A stretch of 64,000 nt of DNA. It comes from Candidatus Aldehydirespirator sp. (GTDB lineage: Bacteria > Actinomycetota > Acidimicrobiia > Acidimicrobiales > Aldehydirespiratoraceae). The translations under genes were made by a program, and so were the position numbers. Each line of letters opens with the position of its first letter. Position 1 is the stretch's first letter. The notes beneath the pieces are model-generated. The model saw only the letters and a list, made by a program, of their open reading frames with translations. It was not told where the DNA came from and made no database searches. Below, one piece after another: positions 8,439 through 18,608 of the stretch. The stretch covers positions 2,027,729 to 2,091,728 of the forward strand of contig OZ242020.1 in assembly GCA_965204875.1 (NCBI GenBank), in the 5' to 3' direction.

Positions 8439-10418
8439 TCAGCTCGGGGGGAGTTGGAGCACCCAGCCGGGGAGGATGAGGTCAGCCTTGGTGAGGCTTC
8501 TGCCGTCGCTCTGGGGCTTGCCTCGGTTGAGTGCGTAGATCTCGTTCCAGCGTTCGCCTGATCGGAGGTGGCGGGCCGCGATGCGCCAGAGGCTGTCGCC
8601 GGGCTTGACCATGACGGTGGCCGGTGCCGGCTCGGCTCCGGCCCGCACGGCCGTGATCCGGTTGCCGCCCCCTGGCGGGTAGTCGGCCGCGGTGATCCGG
8701 CCGTCGAGGGTCTTGGCGATGTAGTCCGCGGTTGCCTGCTGGTAGCTCACGCCGAGCAGGGTGAACCCGATGTCGGCGAGCGGGTAGCAGTCGCCCCCGT
8801 TGGCCAGGAAGTCGACCGTGGCCAGCACCACCGGATCGCCCGGCACCACCGATCCGTCGCGCACGATCACGGTGCCGTCGTTGAGCACCACGTCGCGGAT
8901 CCGCGAACCCGGGTCGCCCGTGAGCGAGCAGTCACCCTCGCGGTCGGTCTCCCGGGCGGGGGCGGACGGGTCGTAGGCGAAACTGAACCCGGAGACCTGC
9001 GGGAAATGGCCCCCGGCGCCGGGTATGCGGTCCACGGCCTGCTCCAGCAGCACATGGAAGGTCTCGCGGGAGATCTCACCCACCACCACGAAGTTGCGGA
9101 ACGGGGCCATGTCCCAGGTGTCGCCGGTGGTGACGGCGCCGGCCGCGATCACGGCGTCGTTGCGGATGCCCCCGCCGTTCAGCACGGCCACGTCGGGCAC
9201 CGGCGTGCCGAAGGACGAGGCCAGGTCGGCGGCCGCAGCGCGCAGGGAGTCGGCCTGGAGGTTGCCCTGGTTGGTGGAGCCGGTGCGCACGCTGGTCCGG
9301 CGCCCGTCGAGGTCGACGTCGCTGTGGCCGATGACCTGGGCGTCCACCTCGGCCACGGCCGCGGCGAGGGGCTCGACCACGCTCGACTGCACCGCCGGGT
9401 CGGGCGTCACGTCGAGGCTCACGCCAACCGAGCGGCCGGTGTGGCTCACGATGTTGCCGTCGCCGTCGAAGACGACGGTCAGCGCACCGATGCAGCGATA
9501 GCCGCCGGGCGCGGTGATCACCGGCACGTTCGTGCCCGTCGAGTCCGCCACCAGCAGCGGGTAGGCGCCCGCGGGCTCCTCGCCGGGCATGCAGGTGTCG
9601 CCCTCGTTGCGCAGCAGTTCGTCCCCGCCGCCGGCGATCACCACGTCCACGCCGGACAGGCTGCCCACCAGCTCGACCTCCTCGGACACCCCCTGCAGGT
9701 GGCTGACCAGGATGATCTTGTCGACCCCTTGCCCGGCGAGCCGCCTCACCTCGCCCTGCACCGCCGCCAGCACCTCTGAGATCACCACGTTGCGCGGCGT
9801 GGAGATGTTCCGCAGCTGGGGAGTGACCGCTCCGATCACCCCGATCTGCTGATCGCCCACCGCGACGGTGGTGCCGGCCGCCAGCACGCCCGAGTCCACC
9901 AGCGCCTGCAGCACCGGCTCGCCTGAGAAGTCGGCGTTGGCCGACAGGAACGTGACCGGCGGCGTGAACCCCTTGATGAAGCGGGCCGTCACCTCCGGGC
10001 CGAGGTCGAAGTCGTGGTTGCCCAGTGCCATGGCGTCATAGAGGCCGCTGAGGGCGACCGAGTCATAGAGGGCGCCGTCGCGGGCCAGCGACACACCGAG
10101 CTCCTGTGAGGCCAGGAAGTTGTCGCCAGCGGTGAGCGTGATCGCTCCGGAGCCGGCGGCGGTCGCCGCGGCCTGCATGAGCTTCAGCTGCGCGGCGAAG
10201 CGGGCCACACCCGGATATCCGGCGTCGGCATCGGGCAGCAGCTTCGATTCGCCGTCGTTGTTGTGGAAGATCGTGAGGGTGAACGTGTCGGCGCTGATGG
10301 GCTGCGGCGTGGGCTCCTGCGCGCCGGCCGGCGCAGGCAGCAGCGACGCGACCATCGCGGCCACCAGTGCGAGGGTGGCGAGCGCGGCTACGGGCCTCTT
10401 GGAGCGTGCTCGTGGCAT
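8439..10418 (-). CDS. secreted bifunctional metallophosphatase/5'-nucleotidase with C-terminal LysM domain
   Basis: 659 aa. Signal peptide ALATLALVAAMVASLLPAPAGA. Metallophosphoesterase motifs FHNNDGES and GNHDFD. C-terminal LysM VKPGDSLWRIAARHL...WNEIYALN. Confidence 0.8.
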   Translation of the reverse strand: MPRARSKRPVAALATLALVAAMVASLLPAPAGAQEPTPQPISADTFTLTIFHNNDGESKLLPDADAGYPGVARFAAQLKLMQAAATAAGSGAITLTAGDNFLASQELGVSLARDGALYDSVALSGLYDAMALGNHDFDLGPEVTARFIKGFTPPVTFLSANADFSGEPVLQALVDSGVLAAGTTVAVGDQQIGVIGAVTPQLRNISTPRNVVISEVLAAVQGEVRRLAGQGVDKIILVSHLQGVSEEVELVGSLSGVDVVIAGGGDELLRNEGDTCMPGEEPAGAYPLLVADSTGTNVPVITAPGGYRCIGALTVVFDGDGNIVSHTGRSVGVSLDVTPDPAVQSSVVEPLAAAVAEVDAQVIGHSDVDLDGRRTSVRTGSTNQGNLQADSLRAAAADLASSFGTPVPDVAVLNGGGIRNDAVIAAGAVTTGDTWDMAPFRNFVVVGEISRETFHVLLEQAVDRIPGAGGHFPQVSGFSFAYDPSAPARETDREGDCSLTGDPGSRIRDVVLNDGTVIVRDGSVVPGDPVVLATVDFLANGGDCYPLADIGFTLLGVSYQQATADYIAKTLDGRITAADYPPGGGNRITAVRAGAEPAPATVMVKPGDSLWRIAARHLRSGERWNEIYALNRGKPQSDGRSLTKADLILPGWVLQLPPS

Positions 10419-10686
10419 TGGGCTGTCTCCTTCGTGAGTGTGGTGCGGGGGCGTCGGACGGTGGCTCGCGGTGAGTCAGTGACGGTGCCCGCGGGCCGCC
10501 CCGACCTCGCTGGGCACCTCTCTAGTGCTGTGCTTGCGGACGTTATCAGTGCGCTGTGACACGTCGAGCCGCAGGCCGGCCGAGGATCGCCCCCTGGCTT
10601 GACCCGTTCGCTGGCTGCGCCTACAACGCTGTAGCAGCCGAGGAGCTAGGCCGGCTGGTGTCGCAGCCCGATGGTAGGTTCTAGGT

Positions 10687-11145
10687 ATGGCAGCGACCGT
10701 CGAGCCCTTGATCCCGACCGCCGCACGCGCCGCGCGCAAGATGCGCCGCTTCGACGCTCGTGGCACCTATCTTGCCTCCCTCGCGAAGGACTGGGCCTAC
10801 TACGTCGAGCATCGGGAGCGGATGATCTCCGAGCCTCCACGCGGACGTTGGTGGCATCGCTTCACCCGCCACCGCGGAGACCTACCCCGCCTCGCCGCCG
10901 TCGTTCACGGACTCTGCGAACGGGACGGGGTGGAGGTGCCTGCCTGGGTGTGGCAGCATCGCAGCCGCCACGACATCGGCTGGAGCGGGCAACGGGTGAA
11001 CCAGTGGCACATCGAGTTCTGCCAGTCGAGGAATGCGCCGGAGGCTTGCGCCTATCATAGGGTCTGGTTCGATGGGCCTTCTATCGAGGACATCCGCATA
11101 CACGGGTTCACCTGCCTCGCCGTGGAGCTTCCGCTCGCCCTGTGA
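10687..11145 (+). CDS. hypothetical protein (partner of the downstream nucleotidyltransferase-fold gene)
   Basis: 152 aa, ATG start. Its stop overlaps the next start (GTGA at 11142-11145). No motif recognised. Confidence 0.45.
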   Translation: MAATVEPLIPTAARAARKMRRFDARGTYLASLAKDWAYYVEHRERMISEPPRGRWWHRFTRHRGDLPRLAAVVHGLCERDGVEVPAWVWQHRSRHDIGWSGQRVNQWHIEFCQSRNAPEACAYHRVWFDGPSIEDIRIHGFTCLAVELPLAL

Positions 11146-11765
11146 CTGACGGCTATCGAGAGTTTGGCGCGGATGAACTGCAACGGTTCCTGTCTGAACT
11201 GGATGCTGAACTGCAGCGCAATCAAACCACACCGTTTACACATTTGGTGGTAGTAGGTAGCGCCATCCTATTGAAGGCTATCCCGGGGCGAGCCACTGGC
11301 GATATTGATGTAATCTCTGAGAGCTTGACTCCTGAGGTTCGCCAGGCCGTGAGGAATGTTGGCGCGCAGCATGGGTTACGTCCCGACTGGATCAACGACG
11401 GAGCTAGAGCGCTAGGCATCAGTCTAGGTATCGAGATGGAGACCATTTACCGAGGGCGCAGACTATTGGTTCAATCAGCATCTCCTCGCCCGATTTTAGC
11501 GATGAAGCTGCTAGCCCATCGCCCTAAAGACCGAGAAGACGCGATTCATCTCATCCGCGAGCTAGACATCGGATCGGTCGACGATCTATTCATCCTCATG
11601 CAAAGCGGGCTGCAGCCGTCGCAGCGGCCCTCGCCCACGATGGAGAGTTGGGCTGAAGAGGTTTTTGCCGCATCTCGGATCGGGTTGCGGCGCTGGCGCT
11701 GGCAGCAGCGATGGCTCAAAGCGCGGCACGCTCGCCGTCTGCGGAGCGAACGTCGCGAGCGGTAG
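11142..11765 (+). CDS. nucleotidyltransferase-fold protein (DUF6036/AbiEii-like)
   Basis: 207 aa. VVGSAILLKAIPGRATGDIDV is the G[ST]..L...R.T.DID pattern of minimal NTases. C-terminal KDREDAIHL. Confidence 0.5.
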   Translation: MTDGYREFGADELQRFLSELDAELQRNQTTPFTHLVVVGSAILLKAIPGRATGDIDVISESLTPEVRQAVRNVGAQHGLRPDWINDGARALGISLGIEMETIYRGRRLLVQSASPRPILAMKLLAHRPKDREDAIHLIRELDIGSVDDLFILMQSGLQPSQRPSPTMESWAEEVFAASRIGLRRWRWQQRWLKARHARRLRSERRER

Positions 11766-12118
11766 CAGGACGCTGCCCGCCGCGAGGCGGCGATCTCCAA
11801 AGCGCTGTCGCAGTTCGGGGCACGGGTGCGGGAGATCGAGCCGCCCCAGCCCGCGGGACGCACACGCCGATGCGGACACAGCGGCTGCCGCAGGCGCGTG
11901 GCGGCTGGGAAGATGTGCCCTGTCCATGAACGCCCGCCGAAGGGGAAGCGGGTATAGCGCAGGGCTACCTGCCGGTGGGTGATGCACGCCCCGGGGATCG
12001 CCTGCCTGTGGTGCTTTGGGGGCTACCGTCATTGCAGGCGATCTCACCGGCCTTCGCCCCTGCGTCGCCCGCGGTGTGAGAACCCGCCGAGGCGCTGGGA
12101 AGAGCCGCCGGCAGGAGC

Positions 12119-14632
12119 ATGGCCGCCCAGAAGAGCGACGCCGCCAAGCAGAGCATGGAGAGAACCGTGTCAACACAGCAGCAGCTGATCACCGCGTCCG
12201 CAGACCCGGTGCGGGCCCGCCGTGTCACCGAGGTGCCCGTGGCCACCGAGATGAGCGACTCGTTCCTCGCCTACGCCCTGTCGGTGATCACCTCCCGAGC
12301 CATCCCCGACGTGCGTGACGGCCTCAAGCCGGTTCAGCGCCGGGTGCTGTGGTCGATGCTGCAGATGCGCCTGCTCCCCGGCACCCCCTACCGCAAGTCG
12401 GCTCGCATCGTCGGCGACACGATGGGCCGCTACCACCCCCATGGCGACGCCGCCATCTACGACACCCTCACCAGGATGGGCCAGGACTTCAGCCGGATGG
12501 TTCCCCTGGTCGACCCGCAGGGCAACTTCGGCAGCCTCGACGACCCCCCCGCCGCGGCCCGCTACACCGAGTGCCGTCTCAGCGCCGCGGCCATGGACAT
12601 GGTGGCTGAGGTCGACGAGGACACGGTCGACTTCCGACCCACCTACGACGGCGAGGGCACCGAGCCGGCCGTGCTGCCGGCCGCGTTGCCGAACCTGCTG
12701 GTCAACGGCACCGCCGGCATCGCCGTGGGCATGGCGACCAGCATGCTGCCCAACAACCTCGCCGAGATCGGCGACGCCATCGTGGCGGTGATGAGCAACC
12801 GGTCCCGCGCCGAGCTCATGGACATCGTGGCGGGCCCCGACTTTCCCGGCGGCGGGATCGTCCTGGCCGATGACGGCCTGCGCCGGGCCTATGACACCGG
12901 TCGCGGCTCGGTCAGGGTGCGCGCCCGCGTCAGCCTCGAGCAGGTCACACGCCGCCGCCAGGCCATCGTCGTCACCGAGCTGCCGCACCTGGTGGGTCCC
13001 GAGAGGGTGGTCTCCAAGATCGCCGAGCTGGTCGACGCGGCGCGGCTGCCGGGGGTGTCCGGAGTCGCCGACCTCACGGGAATGGACGGGCTGCGGCTCC
13101 AGATCGACCTCAAGCCCGACGCCGACGCCGGCAGCGTGCTCGCGAGCCTCTACCGGCTCACACCGCTGGAGGAGTCCTTCAGCGTCAACAACGTGGTGCT
13201 CGTGGACGGCGTGCCCACGACGCTGGGGCTGAGGGAGCTTTGCGATCACTACGTGTCGCACCGCCTCGAAGTGATCGTGCGGCGCAGCCGCCACCGCCTT
13301 CGCCGGGCCACCGAGCGCCTGCACATAGTCGAGGGGCTTCTCGTCGCGCTCGATCACATCGACGAGATCGTCGACCTGATCCGCCGCTCCGCAGACGCCG
13401 CCGAGGCCCGCTCCTCGCTGATGGGCCGATTCGGGCTCAGCGAGATCCAGGCGTCGCACATACTCGACATGGCGTTGCGCAGGCTCACCGCGCTGGAGCA
13501 CCGCAAGCTCGCCGACGAGGCCGCCGGCCTGCGATACGACATCGACGAACTCCGCGGGATACTCGCCAGCGAGCGCAAGAGGCGCAACATCGTCCGGCGC
13601 GAGCTGCGCCGCGTCGTCGCTGATCACGGGCTGCCACGACGGACGCAGATCGTCGATGCGCAGACCGCCGATCACGGGCTCAGCGAGATCGGGGAGATCG
13701 GCAGGGTTGGCGATGTCGGCGGGGTCGGCGCTGAGCAGATGGCTGCGGCTCCGGCGGGCCGTGACGTGCCCTGCGTGGTGACGCTGTCAACCAGCGGGAA
13801 CGTCGGGCGGATGCCGCCAACCGGTGCCCGCAAGCCGGTTCCGGGCCGCCATGACCTGATCGCCTCGCGTGTCAGCACCTCCACCGCCTCGCGCGTTGCG
13901 GCGATAACCACAGAGGGTCGCGTCATGCACGTCCCCGCCGCCGACATCGCCGAGGCCGGCAACCGCATCCGCGGCTCCGAGGCGGCCGCGGTGTTCGGCC
14001 TGGGCACAGGAGAGCGCGTCCTGGCTCTCGTGACAGCCTCCGAGCACCCGCTCGTGCTGGTCACCGCCGCTGGCGTGGTCAAGCGGTTGGCAGCGGCGGA
14101 GGTGCTGCGCGCCGAGCCCGGCTCGACGGTGATCACCTTGGCACGCGGCGACCGGGTCGCGGCCGCATTCGCCGCCCCGGACGAAACCGACATCGTGATC
14201 GCCTCAAGCGACGGCAGGGTGCTGCGCACGGCGTCCTCCACGGTTCGCATCCAGCGGCCTGCCGGTTCCGGAGTTGCCGGCATGAGGCTGGTGGACAACG
14301 CTGGCGTCGTCGGCGCGGCTGCCGTCTACACCGACTCGGTGATCCTGCAGGCCACCTCGACGGGTGGGGTCAAATCGACTCGCTGCGCCGAACTGCCCAC
14401 CCAGGGGCGGGGCGGCCAGGGAGTCTTGGCTGCCAAGCTCGCTCCGGGCGAGACGGTGGAGGTAGTCGCCGCCGGCACGGAGGCAGGCATGCTGGCACTG
14501 ATGGCACACGACGACAATCCGCGCCGCATCGACCCCGTGCCAGTGCCGTTGCGCGAGCAGCCCACGCCGCGCTACCGCGCCCCGACCCCTGGCGAGCGGC
14601 GGATCCGCGCCCTGGCGCCTGGCAGGTGGTGA
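12119..14632 (+). CDS. type IIA DNA topoisomerase subunit A (ParC/GyrA family)
   Basis: 837 aa. Has [18 protein letters not shown] and the catalytic-Tyr motif [11 protein letters not shown]-terminal repeats look like a beta-pinwheel. Confidence 0.9.
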   Translation: MAAQKSDAAKQSMERTVSTQQQLITASADPVRARRVTEVPVATEMSDSFLAYALSVITSRAIPDVRDGLKPVQRRVLWSMLQMRLLPGTPYRKSARIVGDTMGRYHPHGDAAIYDTLTRMGQDFSRMVPLVDPQGNFGSLDDPPAAARYTECRLSAAAMDMVAEVDEDTVDFRPTYDGEGTEPAVLPAALPNLLVNGTAGIAVGMATSMLPNNLAEIGDAIVAVMSNRSRAELMDIVAGPDFPGGGIVLADDGLRRAYDTGRGSVRVRARVSLEQVTRRRQAIVVTELPHLVGPERVVSKIAELVDAARLPGVSGVADLTGMDGLRLQIDLKPDADAGSVLASLYRLTPLEESFSVNNVVLVDGVPTTLGLRELCDHYVSHRLEVIVRRSRHRLRRATERLHIVEGLLVALDHIDEIVDLIRRSADAAEARSSLMGRFGLSEIQASHILDMALRRLTALEHRKLADEAAGLRYDIDELRGILASERKRRNIVRRELRRVVADHGLPRRTQIVDAQTADHGLSEIGEIGRVGDVGGVGAEQMAAAPAGRDVPCVVTLSTSGNVGRMPPTGARKPVPGRHDLIASRVSTSTASRVAAITTEGRVMHVPAADIAEAGNRIRGSEAAAVFGLGTGERVLALVTASEHPLVLVTAAGVVKRLAAAEVLRAEPGSTVITLARGDRVAAAFAAPDETDIVIASSDGRVLRTASSTVRIQRPAGSGVAGMRLVDNAGVVGAAAVYTDSVILQATSTGGVKSTRCAELPTQGRGGQGVLAAKLAPGETVEVVAAGTEAGMLALMAHDDNPRRIDPVPVPLREQPTPRYRAPTPGERRIRALAPGRW

Positions 14633-16941
14633 GGGCCGTGGGTGCCGCCAAGGCTCGCGTGGCGCGGGCGCAGGCTGCCGAGCCGCGGCTGGCGCTCGAT
14701 CACGGATCCGGCAACGGCGCCCACGACGGAACCGATGACGGCACTTACGATGCCACCCCCGACTCCGCTCCCGAAGGTACCCCCGACGGCAACCATGTCG
14801 GCGCCCATGACGGCACCTCGGACGGCGCCCCCGACGGCGCTCACGAAGGCACCCACGTCGACGCCTACGACGGAACTTACGACGCTGACTCCATCGAGAC
14901 CCTCGAGGGGCTCGAAGCCGTGCGCAAGCGACCGGCCATGTACGTCGGCGGCAACGGCTCCGAGGGCCTCATGCACCTGGTCTGGGAGATCGTCGACAAC
15001 GCCGTGGACGAGGCCGCAGCGGGCTTCGCCACCCGGGTGGACGTCACCCTGAACCGCAACGGGTCGGTGGAGGTCGCCGACGACGGCCGCGGCATCCCCG
15101 TAGGCACCCACTCCAAGCGCGACGTGTCCGCGCTGGAGGTGGTGTTCACCGAGTTGCACGCAGGCGGCAAGTTCAACGAGGGGGCCTACAAGGCCTCCGG
15201 CGGGCTGCACGGCGTCGGCGCGGCCGTCGTCAACGCCCTCTCCACGAGGCTGGACGTGGAGGTTCAGCGCGACGGGGCGCTGCACCGGCTGAGCTTCGAG
15301 CACCAGAGGCCGGGGCTCTTCGAGGGCAGGCGGTTCGTTGACGGCCACGAGCTCCACACGGTGCGCAAGCGCTCCAAGGCCACAGGCACGAGGGTGAGGT
15401 TCTGGCCGGACGCCGACCTGTTCCACCCCGACGCCCGCATAGACGCCGGCGAGGTGCGCGACCGGATCCGCCAGACCTGCTTCCTCGTGCCGGGACTGAG
15501 GATGACCCTGCAGGACAACCGGCCCGGCGCCTCGGGCGAGACCTTCGACTTCGTGAGCCGCGGCGGCCTCGCCGACCTGGTCAAGGAGCGTTCCGGCGCG
15601 GGCGCGGCGACCGGGGTGACCGGGGTGACCGGCGTGATCACCCTCGGCGGCATCGACACGTTCACCGAGAAGGTTCCGGTGCAGGGCACCATCGTCGAGG
15701 TCGCCCGCGAGTGCCGGGTGGACATCGCCATGCGCTGGGTCTCCGGCTACGACAGCGAGGTCGTGTCCTTCGTCAACACCATCCCCACTCCCGCGGGCGG
15801 GACCCACCTGGCCGGCTTCGACAAGGCCCTCACCCGCGTGGTCAACAGCGTCCTGCTCAAGGACAACCGCAAGCTGGCGCGCCTGGCCCGCAGGGGCGGC
15901 AACGGCAAGGGGGGCGGCAGCAAGACCAGCGCCACCAAGGACGACGTGCAGGAGGGCCTCGTGGCGGCGGTGAAGGTGACCTTCGGCGAGCCGCAGTTCA
16001 GGGGACAGACCAAGCAGGAGCTGGGCACCCCCGCGGTGGAGGGCATCGTCGCCCGCGTCACCTACGAGCAGATGAAGGAGTGGTTCGAGCCCGGCGGCGG
16101 CGCCCGCTCCCAGGTGAAGGCGGTGGCCGACAAGCTGGCTGCCGCGGTCATCAACCGGGTGGCGTCCAAGCAGATGCTCGACACCAGGCGCAAGGCGGCC
16201 AGCTTCGGCTCCACGAGCCTGCCCAACAAGCTCGCCGACTGCCGGGTGCACGGGCCCGAGGCCGAGCTGGTGCTGGTCGAGGGCGACTCGGCGGCGGGCC
16301 CGGCCAAGCGCGGCCGCGACTCGGAGTTCATGGCGATCCTGCCCCTGCGTGGCAAGATCGTCAACGCGGCCAAGGCCAGCCCCAAGCAGGTCATGGACAA
16401 CGCCGAGGCGCAGGCCGTGTTCACTGCCATGGGCGCGGGCGTCGGGCGCGACTTCGACATCGGCTCGGCCCGCTACGGGCGCATCGTCGTGCTCTGCGAC
16501 GCGGACGTCGACGGGAGCCACATCCGCTGCCTGCTGCTCACCCTCATACACCGGTACATGAGGCCGATGCTCGATGCTGGCAGGGTGTACGCGGCCCAGC
16601 CCCCGCTGTACACGGCGCGGGTGGGCGAGGTGACCCACCGGGCCTTCTCGGACTCCGAGCGCGACCGGGTCACCAGTGAGTTGTGCCGCGGCAACCGCCG
16701 ACCCGACAGCATCAAGTGGCAGCGCTTCAAGGGCCTCGGGGAGATGAACACCGACGAGTTGCGCCATTGCGCGCTGGATCCGGCGACACGCACGCTGCGG
16801 CGCCTCACCATGGCCGACGCGCAGGCCGCGGAGGAGGCGGCACGGATGTTCGACGTGTTGATGGGCGACGACGTGGCACTGCGCCGCGACTACCTGGTGG
16901 AGCACTCCTCGCTGGTGGACGAGGCGACTCTGGACATCTGA
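14626..16941 (+). CDS. type IIA DNA topoisomerase subunit B (ParE/GyrB family) with an acidic low-complexity N-terminal extension
   Basis: 771 aa. Has LEGLEAVRKRPAMYVGG, the Toprim motif LVEGDSAAG, PLRGKIVN and DADVDGSHI. The GTG start overlaps the subunit-A stop (gtggtga). Confidence 0.9.
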   Translation: MVRAVGAAKARVARAQAAEPRLALDHGSGNGAHDGTDDGTYDATPDSAPEGTPDGNHVGAHDGTSDGAPDGAHEGTHVDAYDGTYDADSIETLEGLEAVRKRPAMYVGGNGSEGLMHLVWEIVDNAVDEAAAGFATRVDVTLNRNGSVEVADDGRGIPVGTHSKRDVSALEVVFTELHAGGKFNEGAYKASGGLHGVGAAVVNALSTRLDVEVQRDGALHRLSFEHQRPGLFEGRRFVDGHELHTVRKRSKATGTRVRFWPDADLFHPDARIDAGEVRDRIRQTCFLVPGLRMTLQDNRPGASGETFDFVSRGGLADLVKERSGAGAATGVTGVTGVITLGGIDTFTEKVPVQGTIVEVARECRVDIAMRWVSGYDSEVVSFVNTIPTPAGGTHLAGFDKALTRVVNSVLLKDNRKLARLARRGGNGKGGGSKTSATKDDVQEGLVAAVKVTFGEPQFRGQTKQELGTPAVEGIVARVTYEQMKEWFEPGGGARSQVKAVADKLAAAVINRVASKQMLDTRRKAASFGSTSLPNKLADCRVHGPEAELVLVEGDSAAGPAKRGRDSEFMAILPLRGKIVNAAKASPKQVMDNAEAQAVFTAMGAGVGRDFDIGSARYGRIVVLCDADVDGSHIRCLLLTLIHRYMRPMLDAGRVYAAQPPLYTARVGEVTHRAFSDSERDRVTSELCRGNRRPDSIKWQRFKGLGEMNTDELRHCALDPATRTLRRLTMADAQAAEEAARMFDVLMGDDVALRRDYLVEHSSLVDEATLDI

Positions 16942-17029
16942 GCCCCTGCGCCGCGGGCCGGGTCGGGCGGGCGTCGTCGTCGGCGAGCAGGGCATCGCTC
17001 TGGCAGCACTCAGCCCGCCTGCGAGGGCC

Positions 17030-18004
17030 GTGCCGGCTCGCAAGCCCTGCGCCGCGGGCCGCGCCGGGCACGGTCCCCGTCTCTGTCACAGCGGTGGGCT
17101 AGAACTAGCGACGGTGCAGCTCGACTTCGATCCCGGCGACATCATCGATCCCGCCAACGGCGGCGCGGTCGGCCCCGACGGGCGGCCGGCGCTTCCCGAG
17201 CGGCTCTCGCCGACGGGCGCCTCGACGTTCGAGCACTGCCCCGCCCGCTGGCGCTTCCGCTACGTCGAGCGGATACCCGACCCCCCCGGAGCCGACGCCC
17301 TGGTCGGGACCTTCGCGCACCGGGTTCTGGAGCTGCTGATGCAGCAGGTTCCGATCCGGCGCACCCGCAGCGAGGCGCGCCGCATCGCCAGGGTCGTCTG
17401 GTCTGAGATCTCGGGCTGTGACGACTACCGGGACTTGGAGCTGGAAGAGCACGAGGCGCTGGCGTTCCGCTGGCGGGCCTGGCATGCGATCGAGGGTCTG
17501 TGGCAGCTGGAGGATCCCACCGAGGTGGAGGTGGAGGCCACCGAGGAGCACCTCTCGGTGTTGCTGGGCGGTGTTCCGTTCAGGGGTGTGGTCGACCGCT
17601 TGGAGAGGGAGTCCGATGGCGTCGTGGTCAGCGACTACAAGTCGGGGCGCGCTCCGGGCGCCCGCCACGCCCATGCCCGCTTGCAGCAGGTGCTCCTCTA
17701 CGCGGCGGCGGTGGGCGAGCAGACCGGCGAGGTGCCGGTCCGGGCCCGGCTCCTGTACCTGGGGCAGAAGATCGTGGCGACCCCTGTCGCTCCGGCTGAG
17801 ATCGAGGGTGCGGTGGAGCAGCTCTCGTCCACCTGGAGCGCTATCGGAGCAGCCTGCGACGCCGACGACTTCGAGCCGCGGCCAGGCCCGCTGTGCAAGT
17901 ACTGCGCGTACACCGAGTACTGCCCCCAAGGTCGGGCCGAGGTCGCCCGGCGCGCGGCTGAGCGGGCCGCCGAGGACGCGTCCTTGCTGCGACTCGCCGG
18001 CTGA
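17030..18004 (+). CDS. PD-(D/E)XK nuclease family protein (RecB/Cas4-like, Cys-cluster)
   Basis: Has FEHCP near the N-terminus, VVDRLERESDGVVVSDYKSGR and the C-terminal cluster CKYCAYTEYC. Start is uncertain; an in-frame GTG lies at 17114. Confidence 0.7.
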   Translation: MPARKPCAAGRAGHGPRLCHSGGLELATVQLDFDPGDIIDPANGGAVGPDGRPALPERLSPTGASTFEHCPARWRFRYVERIPDPPGADALVGTFAHRVLELLMQQVPIRRTRSEARRIARVVWSEISGCDDYRDLELEEHEALAFRWRAWHAIEGLWQLEDPTEVEVEATEEHLSVLLGGVPFRGVVDRLERESDGVVVSDYKSGRAPGARHAHARLQQVLLYAAAVGEQTGEVPVRARLLYLGQKIVATPVAPAEIEGAVEQLSSTWSAIGAACDADDFEPRPGPLCKYCAYTEYCPQGRAEVARRAAERAAEDASLLRLAG

Positions 18005-18117
18005 GCGGTCGTGCTACCAACCTGCGGACCGGCTCTGTGTGTGATCCCGGTCTGTCCAGGCCGGCTGCCGCGATGGCGGGATCGTTGTGATGCGCCTCGC
18101 CGGCTGAGCGGTCGCGG

Positions 18118-18414
18118 CTAGCCGGCTCGCCGGCGCTTGCAACGCCTCAGCAGCCATCCCAGCGCCAGCAGTGCCATGGCCGCGCTGAGCAGGGTGGAGA
18201 AGCCGCCGGAGTGCAGCAACCGGTCGCTGCACGACCCCTGAGGGCGGGGTTCGGTCACAGGGCCCGTAGTCGCGGTCGGTTCGGCCGGCTCGGCTGGGTG
18301 GGACTGGGGTGTCTCAGGCTCGCCGGGGCGGCCGTCGAGCAGCGAGTCGACGGGCGAGGGGCCGCCCTCAGAGGCCCGCCTGCGGGGCTGGTCGCGCTGC
18401 GGGTCATAGACCAT
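18118..18414 (-). CDS. small Pro-rich protein with a C-terminal hydrophobic anchor and basic tail
   Basis: 98 aa with high GC3. Strong SD (ggagggag, plus strand 18419-18428 complement) precedes the ATG. C-terminus is LLHSGGFSTLLSAAMALLALGWLLRRCKRRRAG. Confidence 0.45.
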   Translation of the reverse strand: MVYDPQRDQPRRRASEGGPSPVDSLLDGRPGEPETPQSHPAEPAEPTATTGPVTEPRPQGSCSDRLLHSGGFSTLLSAAMALLALGWLLRRCKRRRAG

Positions 18415-18608
18415 GGGACTCCCTCCTTATGCCGGGGCGGCGACCCAACCGTGCCGGCCCGCTACCACTGCCACCATCACTACCACTACAACGACGGCGC
18501 TCAAGCGTCCGCAAGCCGCTGCAGCGACCCGGAACCCGTGGTCGGTGTGCCTCTTCTAGCCGGTCGAGTCTTGGCTTTCTCAAGCCACGGCAGCGACCCA
18601 GGCTGCAT

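Noticed and set aside
10484-10518. Possible riboswitch (for example a cyclic-di-AMP/ydaO type) in the 5' leader of the LysM 5'-nucleotidase gene
   Set aside because: Only a single 7-bp-stem hairpin (ggtgccc...gggcacc) was seen. None of the conserved cores I remember for ydaO or other riboswitch classes are recognisable.
12119-16941. Naming the topoisomerase genes gyrA/gyrB or parC/parE
   Set aside because: The motifs identify only the type IIA A and B subunit families. The paralogue cannot be assigned without phylogeny or genome context, so the symbols were left empty.
14572-17043. 823-aa ORF on the minus strand, with similar cases at 12170..13675, 49958..51874, 56430..58013, 59811..61283, 32988..34307, 23127..24398, 18580..19887, 30281..31522, 22333..23373 and 55591..56790
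   Set aside because: All are antisense to, or out of frame with, genes that carry clear family motifs. Their products are Arg/Pro/Gly-rich with no recognisable domains.
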